A stretch of 64,000 nt of DNA. It comes from an uncultured Acidobacteriota bacterium. Its GTDB lineage: Bacteria > Acidobacteriota > Terriglobia > UBA7540. Below the pieces are notes generated by a model. The model had not been told where the DNA came from. It was given only the letters and a program-made list of their open reading frames with translations, and ran no database searches. Below, one piece after another: positions 31,023 to 43,193 of this stretch (within the stretch, counting starts at the first letter, position 1; the number at the start of each line of letters is the position of its first letter). The DNA lies in NCBI GenBank assembly GCA_963804995.1, contig CAWDSK010000006.1, positions 1,600,001 through 1,664,000 of the forward strand, given 5' to 3'. The position numbers were made by a program, and so were the translations under genes.

Positions 31023-32826
31023 ATGGAAAATACTTCTCTGAATAACGCCAAGCGAATTAAAGGCGGCAGCTTTCTTATTGAATCGCGAGCGCCCGCGGAG
31101 ATCTTCACGCCAGAGGACATCACAGATGAGCACCGGCTGATTGCTGAGACGGCGGAGGAATTCGTCAATCGGGAAATTGTGCCGCGTGCCAAGGACATCG
31201 AGGAGAAGAAACCGGGACTGCTGCGCGAGCTTTTGAAAAAGGCGGCGGAAGTGGGCCTGTGCGCTACGGATGTGCCGCAAAAGTTCGGCGGTCTTGAGCT
31301 TGACAAGATTTCGTCCATTCTGGTGGCCGAGAAAATGGCGCGCAATGGATCCTGGGCGGCAACGGCAGGCGCACAATCGGGAATCGGAACGCTGCCCATA
31401 GCCTTTTTTGGCACAGAAGATCAGAAAGCGAGATACGTGCCCAAGCTGGCAAGCGCGGAGTGGGTGGGCTCCTATTGCCTGAGTGAGGCGTCTTCGGCTT
31501 CCGACGCGCTTCATTGCAAGTCCCATGCTGCGCTCAGTTCCGATGGAAAATACTACACCCTGAATGGGACCAAAATGTGGGTCACGAGCGGGGGCATCGC
31601 AGATGTTTACGTGGTCTTCGCCAAAGTGGACGGAGAGAAATTCACGGCCTTTATAGTGGAGCGCAATTTCCCCGGAGTCTCCCCCGGCGCCGAGGAGCAC
31701 AAGATGGGTATCCGCGGCTCCTCCACCACGCCCCTGAACCTTCGAGAACGTCCCCGTGCCCGTAGAGAACGTCTTGGGAGAGATCGGGAAGGGGCATTTG
31801 ATCGCCTTCAACATTTTGAACGTGGGCCGGTTCAAGTTGGGTGCAGGGTGCGTAGGAGGATGTAAATACCTGCTGAGTGACGCCTTGAGATGGGCCAAGG
31901 AGCGGGAGGCGTTTGGCCGCAAGATCGCGGACTTCGGGCTGATCAAGGAGAAACTCGGGGAGATTGTAGGACGAACCTATGCGATCGAAAGCATCTCCTA
32001 CCGCACGGCTGGGATGATTGATGCGATGCTGGAGGGAATTGACCAGGCGACGCCCACCGCACCGAAGCAGATCATGGAGGTTTTGCAGGAATACGCGGTG
32101 GAATGCTCGATCTTGAAAGTCCTGGGCACCGAAACCCTGCACTTTGTTGCTGACGAGGCGGTGCAAATATTCGGGGGCTACGGATTCTCCAGCGACTATG
32201 AAGTTGAGCGCGGCTATCGTGACCAACGCGTGAATCGAATTTTTGAGGGCACGAACGAGATTAATCGTCTGCTGATTACCGACATGCTGATGAAGCGTTC
32301 CATGAAGGGGCAACTGGCTTTGATCCCTGCCGCGCAAAAACTTACAGACGAAGTCCTGGGGATGGCGCCAGCCGAGGAGGCACTTGACGACCACCCGCTG
32401 GCCGAAGAGGCGCGGCTGGTGGAGGGAGCGAAGAAGGTAGTGTTGTTGGTAGCAGGAAGCGCCGTGCAGCGATTTATGCTGGCGCTGGAGCAGGAGCAGG
32501 AGGTGATCGGCGTGATCAGTAACCTCGTCATGGCGGTCTATGCCATGGAAAGCGTCCTGCTCCGCACCAGGAAAAAGTTGGAGCGACTATCGCCTGAAAA
32601 CTGCGAATCGGAAATCGCAGTGACGCGCGCCTACCTGCATGAAGCTGCTGATGAGGCTGAAATTCAAGCGCGGAGGGCTCTCACCCGCATTGCAGAAGGC
32701 GACACTCTGCGCGCACAGTTGTCACTTCTGCGTCGCTTCCTGAAACGGACTCCGCCGGATACGATTGGCTTGAAACGCAAGCTAGCAGACCGCGCGCTGG
32801 AATTGACCCGCTATCCTTTCTCTTAA
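31023..32826 (+). CDS. fadE: Acyl-CoA dehydrogenase (FadE type), apparent frameshift at ~31741
   Basis: YCLSE, LNGTKMW, EHKMGIRGSST | ENVLGEIGKG, QIFGGYG, RIFEGTNEI. Confidence 0.88.
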
Positions 32827-32875
32827 CGCACGAGCAGAGGCGGACTTTCCCCGATAGCTATAGCCATGGTCCGCA

Positions 32876-33271
32876 TTAAAGGCCGCGTAGCGCCTTGGCA
32901 GCTCCGGCCAAATCCGAAACCGACAACACAAGGTCTGCTTTCTTGCCCCCTGTCGCGACACTGGCGTAAGCGTACTCGATGTTGATATTCGCAGCCCCCA
33001 GACGAGCCCCCACCGTGCCCAGCACTCCAGGCTTGTCAGGCAGGGTGACGCGCAGGACTTCTTCCTCCGTAACTCGCACTCCGAGGTCCTGAAGGACCTT
33101 CTTCGCTTTGGCGGGACTGCTGACCTGAAAACGCAGAGGGCTCTCGCCGCCGGTGTCCCAGCAGGTAAAAGCCGAAATATTAATTTTCGCTTTGCCCAGA
33201 CCCTCGGCAATTCGTCCAAGGTCGCTGGGTTTGTTTTCAACCCAGGCTGTGATCTGTTTTACTTTAGCCAT
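32876..33271 (-). CDS. ACT domain protein (two ACT repeats)
   Basis: ENKPSDLG, PDKPGVLG, NINIEYAY. Confidence 0.85.
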   Translation of the reverse strand: MAKVKQITAWVENKPSDLGRIAEGLGKAKINISAFTCWDTGGESPLRFQVSSPAKAKKVLQDLGVRVTEEEVLRVTLPDKPGVLGTVGARLGAANINIEYAYASVATGGKKADLVLSVSDLAGAAKALRGL

Positions 33272-33412
33272 GATTTGTTCCTCCCAGAAAATACCATATA
33301 CTTCCAGGAATTGTCCGACCATGAAAGGAATCGAGGGGGAAATAGTCTCCAGGGCTGCACAAGCGTGGTAAGGAAAATGCCTTCTCAGAGGATTGAGCCC
33401 GCCCCTGGGACG

Positions 33413-34871
33413 TTACTGGCGGGGCCGCAGGATGACATTGCCAAGCCAGCCTTGATTCTCGCCGTCGGCGTCACGCAAGCTCACGCTGACGCGGAAGGCA
33501 TTGGCGGGGGCGGGGATGGATTTCTCCAGTCTGACCACTTCGCGCGGGTCGACGGCTTGCAATGCTTCGTGGCCCAGTTCCTCACCCACTACTGTGTAGA
33601 AATCAGCCTGCAATGTCCCCGGAACAAAGACTCCGAAAGTACCCTTCAGAGTAACGCTCGCCCCTTGGAGTTTTCCCGTGAGCGGCTCACTGACGACCCC
33701 GGCCCAAAGAGCTTCTCGAATTGGATTAGTCACCCGCGTAGGGGACCAATAAATCGGGAAAGCGTACTCCTCACCGGGGTTGAGCGTCGCATATGGGCTC
33801 AGGACTTCGGATTCTAGGAAGTAAGGGGTTTTCGCCGGATCATTTTCGAGGGTCTGATCGAAGGGGCCGCGCGAGAAAGTTCCAGGCCCATCGTTCCAGG
33901 ATTCAACGGAGGCGCCATCAGGATAATCCTGCTCCGGAAAATACTTGAAATTCTCCACTAGTCCGGTGTTCTTTTGACCGTTCACGACGGCGTACCATCC
34001 CGCGTTAGAGTCTGCTGCGACCTTCCCCACGCGGTAGAGATAATGAATGCGCAGCATCTGCCCGCCCGGTAATACCTCGTAACTGGGGTGCCGTGCTTCA
34101 CCATAAGGGTTATAGTACCCGTCGGGGTACTTGCTGCGCGGATGGAGCGGGAGGTACATGTAGAGATCGGGATTGGGCTTGGAAGGATCGTGCGCGTCAG
34201 AGGCGTCATTCTGAATCAAGTGCCAAACGCCCCAGCGAATTTGTCGCCGGCTGATGTTTCGCATCACCTGGTCGACGCGGATGCGCGTGGTACCGGCGTA
34301 AACATGATAGGTTCGCACGAACTGGACGCCGCTGCGGGGATCCTCCGGGCTGGTCACACGGACCGCCACCTCCGCGGGGGTTTCGACAAGAACTTCTGCC
34401 TTGAAATGGCTACCGTCCAGGATGTAGTAGGGTATGCTGGGCCAATCTTTATCGCTCATCCACCCTTCCGGGCCCGGCCACACCTTGTCTCCACCATAGT
34501 TCGCCCAGCCCGCCTTCACGTTGTTCTCAGACTCAGGCAGCACTTTGCCCTCGAGAATTCTTGTTCACGAAAAAGTAGTCGTGGCCCGCAAGCTGGAGCT
34601 GGATGGCGCGCCCGCCGATGTCCGGCGCAACAATTAATGTCGCCAAATCATTACTTAGTTTATAAACGTTCCATCCCTTGTATTGAGTTCGCTCGAGCTT
34701 CGCTGCATAGGTTGGATTTGGGGCTGCCATGGCTGACCTCAAGGAGAAGGGGGATATTAAGGATTCGAGAGCGCCGGCATTGGAAGAACTGCGCGGCGGT
34801 CGGTGTAAAGACAAACTCACAAGGAGGAGAATGAAGCTGAATACAGCGAACAAAGGCATCGGTTGTCTCAT
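33413..34871 (-). CDS. DUF4380-like exported protein, apparent frameshift at ~34556
   Basis: APDIGGRAIQ in 34533-34925 joined to WANYGGDKVWPGP in 33413-34543. Confidence 0.7.
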
Positions 34872-34900
34872 AGCGTAGACCTCAACCGGTGGATCTTCAC

Positions 34901-35974
34901 TCAAAAACCCGTTGGAATAATCCAATAGGTCGCCTGAAATGTCTTGCCGGGATCGAGCAAAATCATACCCTTGAATTTACCTTCATGCTCCAGATTAAAA
35001 GCGTTGGGCGGCCCGGTTTGTGGCTCAATACAGATCACCGTCTCGTCTAGCGGCGCGTAAACGATGGCATAATCAAATTCTTTTCCGTACACAACTTCTA
35101 TCCTCTCCGTTTTCCCCTTCGTCCAGTTGTGACCCAGGCCTTGGGTGTCGCGGCGGAATTCGGAGAACACACTGTCAATGAACTGTTTACCGAGCGTGAG
35201 CGTCTTTGTTGCTCCAGGCAGGTAGTTATCCGTCGGTTCCGTATCTCCGGTGGGGATAAGCCTTTCATTTGTGGGCCAGTGCTTTTGGGCGCCAATTCCC
35301 AGCGTCCATTCTTCGCGAGGCCCATCCGGACGAAAGTAAGGGTGGTAACCGAAGTGTACGGGCATTACGGACTTGCCCACATTCGAAACCTTCGTGGTGC
35401 ACTCCAACTTTCCGTCCTTGAGCCGATAGGTCACTTCATAGACGTGCGCAAAGGGAAACTGCGCCATGAGGGCAGGATACCTATAGAACTCCAAACGACA
35501 GGTGATAAAGGCGCCTTCCACCTCACTGCCGCCGGTCTTCATCACCTCCCAATGGGGCTCAAAGACGAGCAACCCATGCAAAACAAAGTTGCCGTTAGGT
35601 GTTCGAAGTAGATTACCCAAGTCATCATTCAGAAGGTATTTCTTGCCTTGGAAATAATAATTATCGTGGTCAATGCGACTTGAGAAGGGAGCAAGAAACG
35701 GAATGCCCCACCCAAACCAGTGCTTGTCGACGTAAGCCTGCAGCGAATCCGGAGTAACCAGAACATCCTTGCCGTTCACTTTGAATTCGTAGGCGAAGTT
35801 GCCGATATCGGGAACAATCCCCAAATCCATTTTGCGATGTGTATCCAGCAGGTGGTAGGTTGTGTGACCCTCCACAACCTTTCGCGATACGGAGTAATTT
35901 TCAGTGGCCGCACCCCTGGCCGTGAGCAGCAGGAGCACGACGACCAGGCCACAAATGGATGTCAGGGTCCTCAT
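34901..35974 (-). CDS. Aldose 1-epimerase family protein with signal peptide
   Basis: LHGL, GYHPYF, ICIEPQT. Confidence 0.88.
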   Translation of the reverse strand: MRTLTSICGLVVVLLLLTARGAATENYSVSRKVVEGHTTYHLLDTHRKMDLGIVPDIGNFAYEFKVNGKDVLVTPDSLQAYVDKHWFGWGIPFLAPFSSRIDHDNYYFQGKKYLLNDDLGNLLRTPNGNFVLHGLLVFEPHWEVMKTGGSEVEGAFITCRLEFYRYPALMAQFPFAHVYEVTYRLKDGKLECTTKVSNVGKSVMPVHFGYHPYFRPDGPREEWTLGIGAQKHWPTNERLIPTGDTEPTDNYLPGATKTLTLGKQFIDSVFSEFRRDTQGLGHNWTKGKTERIEVVYGKEFDYAIVYAPLDETVICIEPQTGPPNAFNLEHEGKFKGMILLDPGKTFQATYWIIPTGF

Positions 35975-36033
35975 TCTGAATTCCTCCCCAGGTAAGAACG
36001 AAAAATCGGAGCAGGCTGGTTCCCTACCCCGCG

Positions 36034-37576
36034 TCAAGACTCGCCGCCTCCCAACCTTGCGAGCGTGTGGGAAAACTCTTTCACCGCGGGGTAGAGGTTC
36101 CGATAAACGTGATAGTAGCGCTCGTAAACTGCGGCACGACCCGGTTTCGGCGCCATCCGCTCCTTCACTTGGATGGCCTCCTCCGCGGATTCTTCGACGG
36201 AAGTGTAAATCCTGGCCCCGACCCCGGCCAGCAGGGCAGCACCCAGCGCCGACCCCTCAGAGGTGCGAAGCGTGACTAGTTCCTTGCCGTAGATGTCCGC
36301 CTGGATTTCCCGCCACAAGAAACTGCGCGAGCCGCCGCCCGAGGCGCGAATCTGCTCAACGGGAATGTCCAATTCTTTGAAGATCTCCAGGGAATCCCGC
36401 AGGCTGAAGGCCACGCCTTCCAGGATGGACCGGATCAGATGCGCGCGGGTGTGCGACGCCGTCAAGCCAAACCACAGGCCGCGCGCCTGAGGATCCAAGT
36501 GAGGAGTCCGCTCGCCCATGAGATAAGGCAGCCACAAAAGACCCTCACTGCCCGGAGGCGCCTTTTCCGCCTCACGAATGATCAACTCGTAGGGGTCCAC
36601 CTCAGTGTGCCGCGCATACCAGGACTCTGCCGCGCCGAATTGATCGCGAAACCAGCGCAGTGAAAGACCCGCGCCCTGGGTGACGCCCATGACGTGCCAC
36701 TTGCCTGGAACGGCGTGGCAGAACGTGTGGATGCGCCCTTGGGGGTTCGAGCTTCGGCACGGCCGTATAAGAAAAGATAACGCCTGAAGTGCCGAGCGTG
36801 GCGGAGGTGAGCCCCGGCAAAACGATACCATTGCCGACAGCGCTCGCCGCCTGGTCACCGCCACCGGCCACAACCGGCGTTCCGGCGCTGAGGCCCGTTA
36901 AGACCGCCGCTTCGCGTGTGATCTCGCCGGTAACCTGGGGCGATTCGTAGGCTTGGGGCAGAATGTGCGGATCGATCTCCAAGGCCTCGAGCATCTCTCG
37001 CGACCAGCGCCGATGGGCGACATCGAAGAGCAGAGTCCCGGAAGCGTCCGAAACATCGGTGGCAAACTCCCCTGTCAACCGGAAGCGCACGAAATCCTTG
37101 GGCAGCAGGAAGTGGGCCGCACGCTCATAAATGTTTGGCTCATTATCGCGAACCCACAGGATTTTGGGGGCACTGAAACCTGTCAGTGCGGGGTTGGAAA
37201 CATATTGGATAAGCCGCTCGGCCCCGACCTTGGACGTAATCCAATCGCATTGGGCCTGGCTGCGCTGGTCACACCAAATCAGAGAAGGTCGAAGGGTCGC
37301 GAAGGCCCGGTTGAGGAGAACAACCCCATGCATCTGCCCGGAGAAGCCCACGGCAGCAATGTCGGACCCTTTCAAGCTCGCCTGCTCAAGAGCCGCGCGG
37401 ATCGCCACCAAAGCCGCTTGCCACCAATCTTCGGGGTCCTGCTCCGCCCAGCCGGGCTTGGGCATCCGCATCGGTTGGTGGTCACCGGTTGCGGCGCCTG
37501 CCACATGGCCATCCGGGCGAACAATCACGGCTCGCGTGCCCGTGGTTCCAACATCGATTCCCATCATGTAAGGCAT
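36034..37576 (-). CDS. xylB: Xylulokinase (FGGY kinase), apparent frameshift at ~36746
   Basis: GIDVGTTG, SGQMHG, TDVSDASGT, GGGDQ | PYLMGERTPH, ILEGVAF. Confidence 0.85.
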
Positions 37577-37763
37577 GGAAAGATCCTGACCAGTTGATGA
37601 GAAGCTTGCACCCAGAGAAGCAGGGGCAGCCCTTTGTAGTTCCAAGGCCAGTCCGGTTGAGGCAGGCGCGGCAATCCCCTCACAGCAGGACCGCCGCACT
37701 TTGCTCAATACTCAACTTCGAGCGCCATCACGCTCGTGGAACCGTGCCCGGCCTGCGCGACTA

Positions 37764-38921
37764 CTAGTGGCCCGGCTTTTCCCAGCGGCCCGATTTGGCG
37801 GAGCGTTCGACCGCGTTGAGCACCGCTTGATTCCTGACGCCATGGCGGAAGTTCGGTTCCGGCAGGCGATCCTTTTCGATGCAGGTAAGGAAATCGTGGA
37901 TGGCATGAACGAAGGTGTGTTCGTAGCCAATGATGTGTCCGGGCGGCCACCAGGCCCCGGTATAGGGATGGTTGGCTTCCGTCACCAGGATGGTTTTGAA
38001 GGCCTGCAATTCATTGGGTTCGGTGCGATCAAAGAATTCCAGTTCGTTCATGCGCTCCTGGTTATAGGCGATGCTTCCCTTGCTGCCGTAAATCTGGAAG
38101 GTGTTAAAGTTCCGCCGGCCGCCGGCAAATCGGGAAGATTCGAAAACGCCTACGCTGCCATTCTTGAAGCGCGCCAGGAAATTGGCATCGTCATCCACCG
38201 TGACTTTACCTTTGCCCTTTTGACCCTTGGCTCCCCAGGCGCCTTCGCCTTCTGTGGCAAAGGGCCTCTCCTTGATGAAGGTGGTCAGATGTCCGGTCAA
38301 GGACTGAATCTCGCTGTTCAAATATTCCGCAAGGTCCGTGGCGTGCGCACCGATATCTCCCAGCGCACCACTGCCCGCGTATTTCTTTTCGAGACGCCAA
38401 ACGAGAGGAAATTCCGGGTCCATGATCCAGTCCTGCAAGTAAGCGCCGTGATAACGGTAGACGTCACCGATCCGCCCATCCTCAATCAATTTCTTCGCGT
38501 AGCTGACGGCCGGCACACGTCGATAGTTGAAATTGACCATGTGGATGACCCCGGCCTTCTCGACGGCCTTCAACATTTCCTTGGCCTCGGCCAGCGTGTT
38601 CGCCAGGGGTTTTTCGCAGAAGATATGTTTACCCGCCTGCGCCGCCGCGATAACCATGGGATGATGCAGATAACCAGGGGTCGAAACATCGATCACGTCG
38701 ATGTCCTTGCGTTCGACCACACGCTCCCATTCGCAATCGAATTCCTCCCACCCAAACTGGCGCGCGGTCGCATCCAACTCCTCGTTGCAAGCCTTGCCGC
38801 AGAGAACTTTCATCCTCGGCATCAATCCTCCCGGGAAAAAGCTCCGCACTTGGCGATAGGCATTCGAATGCGCTTTGCCCATGAAGCGGTGACCTATTAG
38901 TGCAACATTAATTTCTGGCAT
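37764..38921 (-). CDS. Gfo/Idh/MocA family oxidoreductase
   Basis: FCEKPLA, GALGDIGAH, WWPPGHIIGYEH. Confidence 0.92.
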   Translation of the reverse strand: MPEINVALIGHRFMGKAHSNAYRQVRSFFPGGLMPRMKVLCGKACNEELDATARQFGWEEFDCEWERVVERKDIDVIDVSTPGYLHHPMVIAAAQAGKHIFCEKPLANTLAEAKEMLKAVEKAGVIHMVNFNYRRVPAVSYAKKLIEDGRIGDVYRYHGAYLQDWIMDPEFPLVWRLEKKYAGSGALGDIGAHATDLAEYLNSEIQSLTGHLTTFIKERPFATEGEGAWGAKGQKGKGKVTVDDDANFLARFKNGSVGVFESSRFAGGRRNFNTFQIYGSKGSIAYNQERMNELEFFDRTEPNELQAFKTILVTEANHPYTGAWWPPGHIIGYEHTFVHAIHDFLTCIEKDRLPEPNFRHGVRNQAVLNAVERSAKSGRWEKPGH

Positions 38922-38996
38922 TTATGAATCTCCTCCGGCTCGAAACGTTTGGAACAGACGGTAAACGGAATACAACGTCTACTGTCTACTTCCCCT

Positions 38997-39956
38997 TCAC
39001 GCCCACCACATTTCCTTGAGTCTTTCCTTGATCACGATTTGGTTGAGGAAGGCTGCAGCCTTGCTCAGACCCTCATCCACAGACATCAGGCTGTCCTCGT
39101 GCTCAATGGAGAGCACATCATCGTAACCCACCATTTGCAAGGTTGATACGAAATCGCACCAAAAATCCGCGTCATGCCCGTAACCAACGGTACGGAAAAT
39201 CCAGGCGCGGTTTTTCTCGTCGCTGTAAGGCTTGGTATCGAGGACGCCGTTGACCTTGATGTTCGCGTCATACAGGCGTGTGTCCTTGGCGTGGACGTGA
39301 AACACCGCTTCTCCCAATCTCCGCACCGCCAGGCAGGGATCGATCCCCTGCCAGAACATGTGGCTGGGGTCGAAGTTGCACCCGATGGCCGGCCCCGCCG
39401 CCTCGCGCAATCGCAACATGGTTTCAGGGTTGTAGACGACGAAGCCCGGGTGCATTTCGATAGCGACGCGCACGCCGTGGTCTTCCGCAAACTTGGCGCG
39501 CTTCGTCCAATAGGGGATGACCTTCTTCTCCCATTGCCATTTCAAGATCTCGAGGTAATCAGGAGGCCAGGGCGTGGGTGACCAGTTGGGAAAATGGGAA
39601 TCATCGGAATCTCCTGGACAGCCCGAGAAATCGATGACGCGAGTGACCCCCAACTTCTCCGCCAGCAGAATGGTCTTTCGACTGGTTTCCGCGAAGGATT
39701 CAGCAAGTTTCTGGTTGGGGTGCAGTGGGTTGCCATGGCAGCTCAAGGCGCTGATATTGATCCCCTGGTCCTCCAGTTTGCGCTTAAACTCCTTGATCTT
39801 CGAAGGCTGGGCCAGCAGGTCAAGCTTGATGTGCGGGTCGCCAGGATAATTCCCTGTCCCCAACTCCACGGTTCGGATGCCCAGAGGCTTTATCTTTTGG
39901 ATAACCTCATCCAGACTCAGCCTGGGCAATAGAGCTGTCAGTAGTCCCACTTTCAT
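38997..39956 (-). CDS. Sugar phosphate isomerase/epimerase (xylose-isomerase-like TIM barrel)
   Basis: EMHPG, NFDPSH, HVHAKD, SIEHED. Confidence 0.9.
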   Translation of the reverse strand: MKVGLLTALLPRLSLDEVIQKIKPLGIRTVELGTGNYPGDPHIKLDLLAQPSKIKEFKRKLEDQGINISALSCHGNPLHPNQKLAESFAETSRKTILLAEKLGVTRVIDFSGCPGDSDDSHFPNWSPTPWPPDYLEILKWQWEKKVIPYWTKRAKFAEDHGVRVAIEMHPGFVVYNPETMLRLREAAGPAIGCNFDPSHMFWQGIDPCLAVRRLGEAVFHVHAKDTRLYDANIKVNGVLDTKPYSDEKNRAWIFRTVGYGHDADFWCDFVSTLQMVGYDDVLSIEHEDSLMSVDEGLSKAAAFLNQIVIKERLKEMWWA

Positions 39957-40158
39957 CGTCTCCCTCCCTCCCGGCGCCTGGGGCTACAGGGGTCGAATGC
40001 CTGCACCCACCCCAAGCCCGCTTGGCGGCCTTTCAATCATCGAGATCCACCTGGAAAAACGCTAAATCTATAGTCCGGCCGCGCCTGCGTCAACTGGAAA
40101 TTTAGCGGGTGGCCAATCCGCCCAGGCCGCGACTTCCGGCCTTCCCCCTGGATCAAAA

Positions 40159-42162
40159 CTACTTCAAATGCTGGTCATACCACTCCAGGGTGCGCCGCAT
40201 GATGTCACGGCGGTGGTCGGGATCTAGGATCGCGTGGCCCTCGTTGGGGTAGACCACGAAGCGGTTTTCGATGCCCAGTGTCTGGAGGGCGTGCCAAAAC
40301 TCGAATGATTGTGGGGTCGGGCATTCTCCGTCGCGGTCCCCCACCAGGATGAGCGTTGGCGTTTTCACGTTCTTGATGAAGTTAATGGGCGAACTCTTCC
40401 GATAAACCGCGGGGTCATCGTAGACGGACGCACCAAAGAATGGGATCAACCACAAGTCGATATCGTTCTCGCCGTAGTAGCTCTCCCAGTTCGCAATCCC
40501 CGCCCCAGCCACGGCGGCATGAAAGCGGTGCGTCTGGGTCACCGTCCACATGGTCATAAACCCGCCGTAACTCCAGCCGCCAATTCCAACCCGATCCTTA
40601 TCCACAGGGTAATTTTTGACGACAAAGTCCACACCCGCGAGGATATCGCGCAAATCCCCATGGCCGAAATCCCGCACGTTGGCGCGCGTGAAGGCCTCGC
40701 CCTGACCAAAGCTGCCACGAGGATTCGGGCGCAACACAAAATATCCCTCGGGGGAAAAAACCGTAAAGTCGAATAGTGTACCTGGCCAAGTGGGACGGGC
40801 CATGGAACCCGGCCCTCCGTGAACTTCCACAACCAAGGGATAGCGCCGCGTGGGATCGTAGTCGTGGGGATAAGTAAGCCAACCCTGGATGTTGAAGCCC
40901 TCGTTCGACCAGTGAACGCTCTCGACTTTCCCCCAGCTAGCGCGAGCGGCGCGGTTGGAATTTGTCACTTTCTGCCACGCCCCGATGGGTCCAGCCCAAA
41001 CCTCCGGGGGCGTCGCGAAAGACTCACGAACCATCGCGCTTATCTGGCCGTCACGCGCCAGGGAAAGGGCAGCATCATGCCAACCCAGGGAAAGCGTCTC
41101 CGGCCCGCTCCAAAGCGGGGTAGTCTGGCCATTCGCAACACGCAGCGTCGCGATTCCACTGGCGCCGTCCAAATCCTCCAGCAGCAGGATTTCATCACCT
41201 CCAGGCCGCCAAGCCAGCCAGTTTGCGGAAGCCTTGAGGCCTGGGGTGAGATTGCGTGCCTTGCCACCTGCGGCGGGAAGAAGAAAAACATCGCCACCGA
41301 TCGAGCCTTCGTCGCTCATCAACCCACCGATGAAGGCGATGCTGTTTCCGTCTGGAGACCAGCGCGGAACAGCAATCTGTTGCGGAGGCGTGTAGAGGGA
41401 TTCCGTCTCGCCGAAGGCAGCATCGATGGAATAGATTTCCGCGACGTACCAGTTGGCATCACCCGCCCCGTGCGCCGCTGTCGCCACGAACTTCCTTCCG
41501 TCGGGGGACCAATCGTATTCATAAACGTACAGGTCGGTGGGCGAGAGCTGGCGAACCCCTCCGGTGGACACTTCGACGGTGGTCAAGCGCTGTTCGTAGA
41601 TTTTCCCGCCGATGACACCGGCGGGAGGAGTCATGGGTTCGAGGGGGCCCGGCGCGCGCGGAGCGTTTTCTGTAAATAGCAGCGCCAGGGTCTTGCCGTC
41701 AGGTGACCAGCCCGGCATGTCCAGTGATCCCGTCAGGTTCGTGAGCTTTCGGGGCTTGCCGCCCGCGGGGTTCACAACGTACACCTGCAACTGGTCCGGG
41801 GTTTCCGCATTGGATAGAAAGGCGAGTGTGTGGCTATCCGGCGACCAGGCAATTTCGTGTTCCTCTAACGCTTCCCCGCTACTCCCGGCCGTAATTCTCC
41901 GAGGCGCGGCTCCCGGGGTTGACATTGTTGTGACATAGATGGCGGAGTTGATAGAGGGGGCGCCGTTGGCCTCGTGCAGAGCCTCGACCCATGCAACCCG
42001 TTGGCCGTCGGGGGAAATCGCGACTTGGCGGAAACTGTTTAAGGCGAAGAGAGAATCGAGGACTGCATCGAGCGAAGACTTTTCCGCAGCGGCGGGGCAG
42101 ACGAGAATCGAGGAGAGGATGACTCCTACTATTATGAGCATTCGTATTGCTCGCCTCACCAT
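40159..42162 (-). CDS. S9 family peptidase with beta-propeller
   Basis: WSPDG repeats, VHGGP, GWSYGG, D..C, NEGH. Confidence 0.92.
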   Translation of the reverse strand: MVRRAIRMLIIVGVILSSILVCPAAAEKSSLDAVLDSLFALNSFRQVAISPDGQRVAWVEALHEANGAPSINSAIYVTTMSTPGAAPRRITAGSSGEALEEHEIAWSPDSHTLAFLSNAETPDQLQVYVVNPAGGKPRKLTNLTGSLDMPGWSPDGKTLALLFTENAPRAPGPLEPMTPPAGVIGGKIYEQRLTTVEVSTGGVRQLSPTDLYVYEYDWSPDGRKFVATAAHGAGDANWYVAEIYSIDAAFGETESLYTPPQQIAVPRWSPDGNSIAFIGGLMSDEGSIGGDVFLLPAAGGKARNLTPGLKASANWLAWRPGGDEILLLEDLDGASGIATLRVANGQTTPLWSGPETLSLGWHDAALSLARDGQISAMVRESFATPPEVWAGPIGAWQKVTNSNRAARASWGKVESVHWSNEGFNIQGWLTYPHDYDPTRRYPLVVEVHGGPGSMARPTWPGTLFDFTVFSPEGYFVLRPNPRGSFGQGEAFTRANVRDFGHGDLRDILAGVDFVVKNYPVDKDRVGIGGWSYGGFMTMWTVTQTHRFHAAVAGAGIANWESYYGENDIDLWLIPFFGASVYDDPAVYRKSSPINFIKNVKTPTLILVGDRDGECPTPQSFEFWHALQTLGIENRFVVYPNEGHAILDPDHRRDIMRRTLEWYDQHLK

Positions 42163-42361
42163 AATGCAACTCCTGGCGGACAAGGACCGAGACGCGTGCT
42201 TCGGAACGTCGGCGGCCACAGCCCGGCAAATAAATCCAGAGGCGCCATCCTAACGGAACCGGCGACTAACAGCAAGGGAAGCGGCAGCGGTGACTAATTA
42301 CATGTCAGGGAATGCTAGCCCGTGGGCTCATAAATCTAGTAGACTACACTTCCTGAAACTT

Positions 42362-43159
42362 ATGTCTAAAAAACACAGAGAAGCCGTCCAGAAGCAATTC
42401 ACCAAGACCGCGGAAGCCTTTACGACATTTGCAATCCGGGATACGCCGGAGATCCTGGCAGAGAAAGTCGAGTTCGCGAAGGCCCAGGCCACCGACTTGG
42501 TGCTTGATGTGGCCTGCGGACCCGGCGCTTTTGCGCTGGCGCTTGCGCCGCGCGTAGGCTTTGTGCGAGGCGTAGACCTGACGCCCGAAATGCTGCGCAG
42601 GGCGCGCGCCCTCCAGGCCGAGAAGCAGATTTTGAATGCCGCCTTCGTGCGCGGAGACGCTGAGCAACTTCCCTTCCCCGACGGCGCGTTTGATCTGGTC
42701 TCATGCCAGTGCTCTTTCCACCACATGCCCAAACCCCAACTCGTGCTGCAGGAAATGGTCCGGGTGGCAAAGCTAGGCGGCCGTCTGTTGATCATCGACC
42801 CGCTGGCGCCCGAGAGCGACTCAAAATACGAGTTATACAATCGCATTGAACAAATTCGTGACCCTTCCCACGCGCTCAGCCTGCGGTTAACGACTTTCCT
42901 CAGTTTGTTCGACGAAGCAGGGCTGGAAGTGTTGCGGCAATCGCTCCGCCGCCGCCAACGCTCGTTCAATCAGTGGATGCTGCGGGCCGGCCAAAAGCCA
43001 GGAACCAAGCGTTATGAGGAAACCCGCAGGCTGCTGGAGGATTCCATAGCGGGCGACCGCGCCGGCTTCTCCGCCCAGCCCCAGGGAGATGACATTCAGA
43101 TTGTTCATAATGAGGGAAGCTTCTTGGTGAGGCGAAAGACGGTAGACGATATCGAGTAG
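42362..43159 (+). CDS. Class I SAM-dependent methyltransferase
   Basis: VLDVACGPG, GDAEQLPFPDGAFD, RDPSH. Confidence 0.88.
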   Translation: MSKKHREAVQKQFTKTAEAFTTFAIRDTPEILAEKVEFAKAQATDLVLDVACGPGAFALALAPRVGFVRGVDLTPEMLRRARALQAEKQILNAAFVRGDAEQLPFPDGAFDLVSCQCSFHHMPKPQLVLQEMVRVAKLGGRLLIIDPLAPESDSKYELYNRIEQIRDPSHALSLRLTTFLSLFDEAGLEVLRQSLRRRQRSFNQWMLRAGQKPGTKRYEETRRLLEDSIAGDRAGFSAQPQGDDIQIVHNEGSFLVRRKTVDDIE

Positions 43160-43193
43160 ACGGCGTCCTAACAACAGGTATGGCAATTTCTGT

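Noticed and set aside
19041..36751. Programmed frameshifting or true pseudogenisation of fadE, xylB and others
   Set aside because: No slippery heptamers; the shared TCGA context points to a sequencing artefact
37701..38900. Long antisense ORFs (also 15704-16912, 47874-49241, 57741-58898)
   Set aside because: They mirror well-supported genes on the opposite strand
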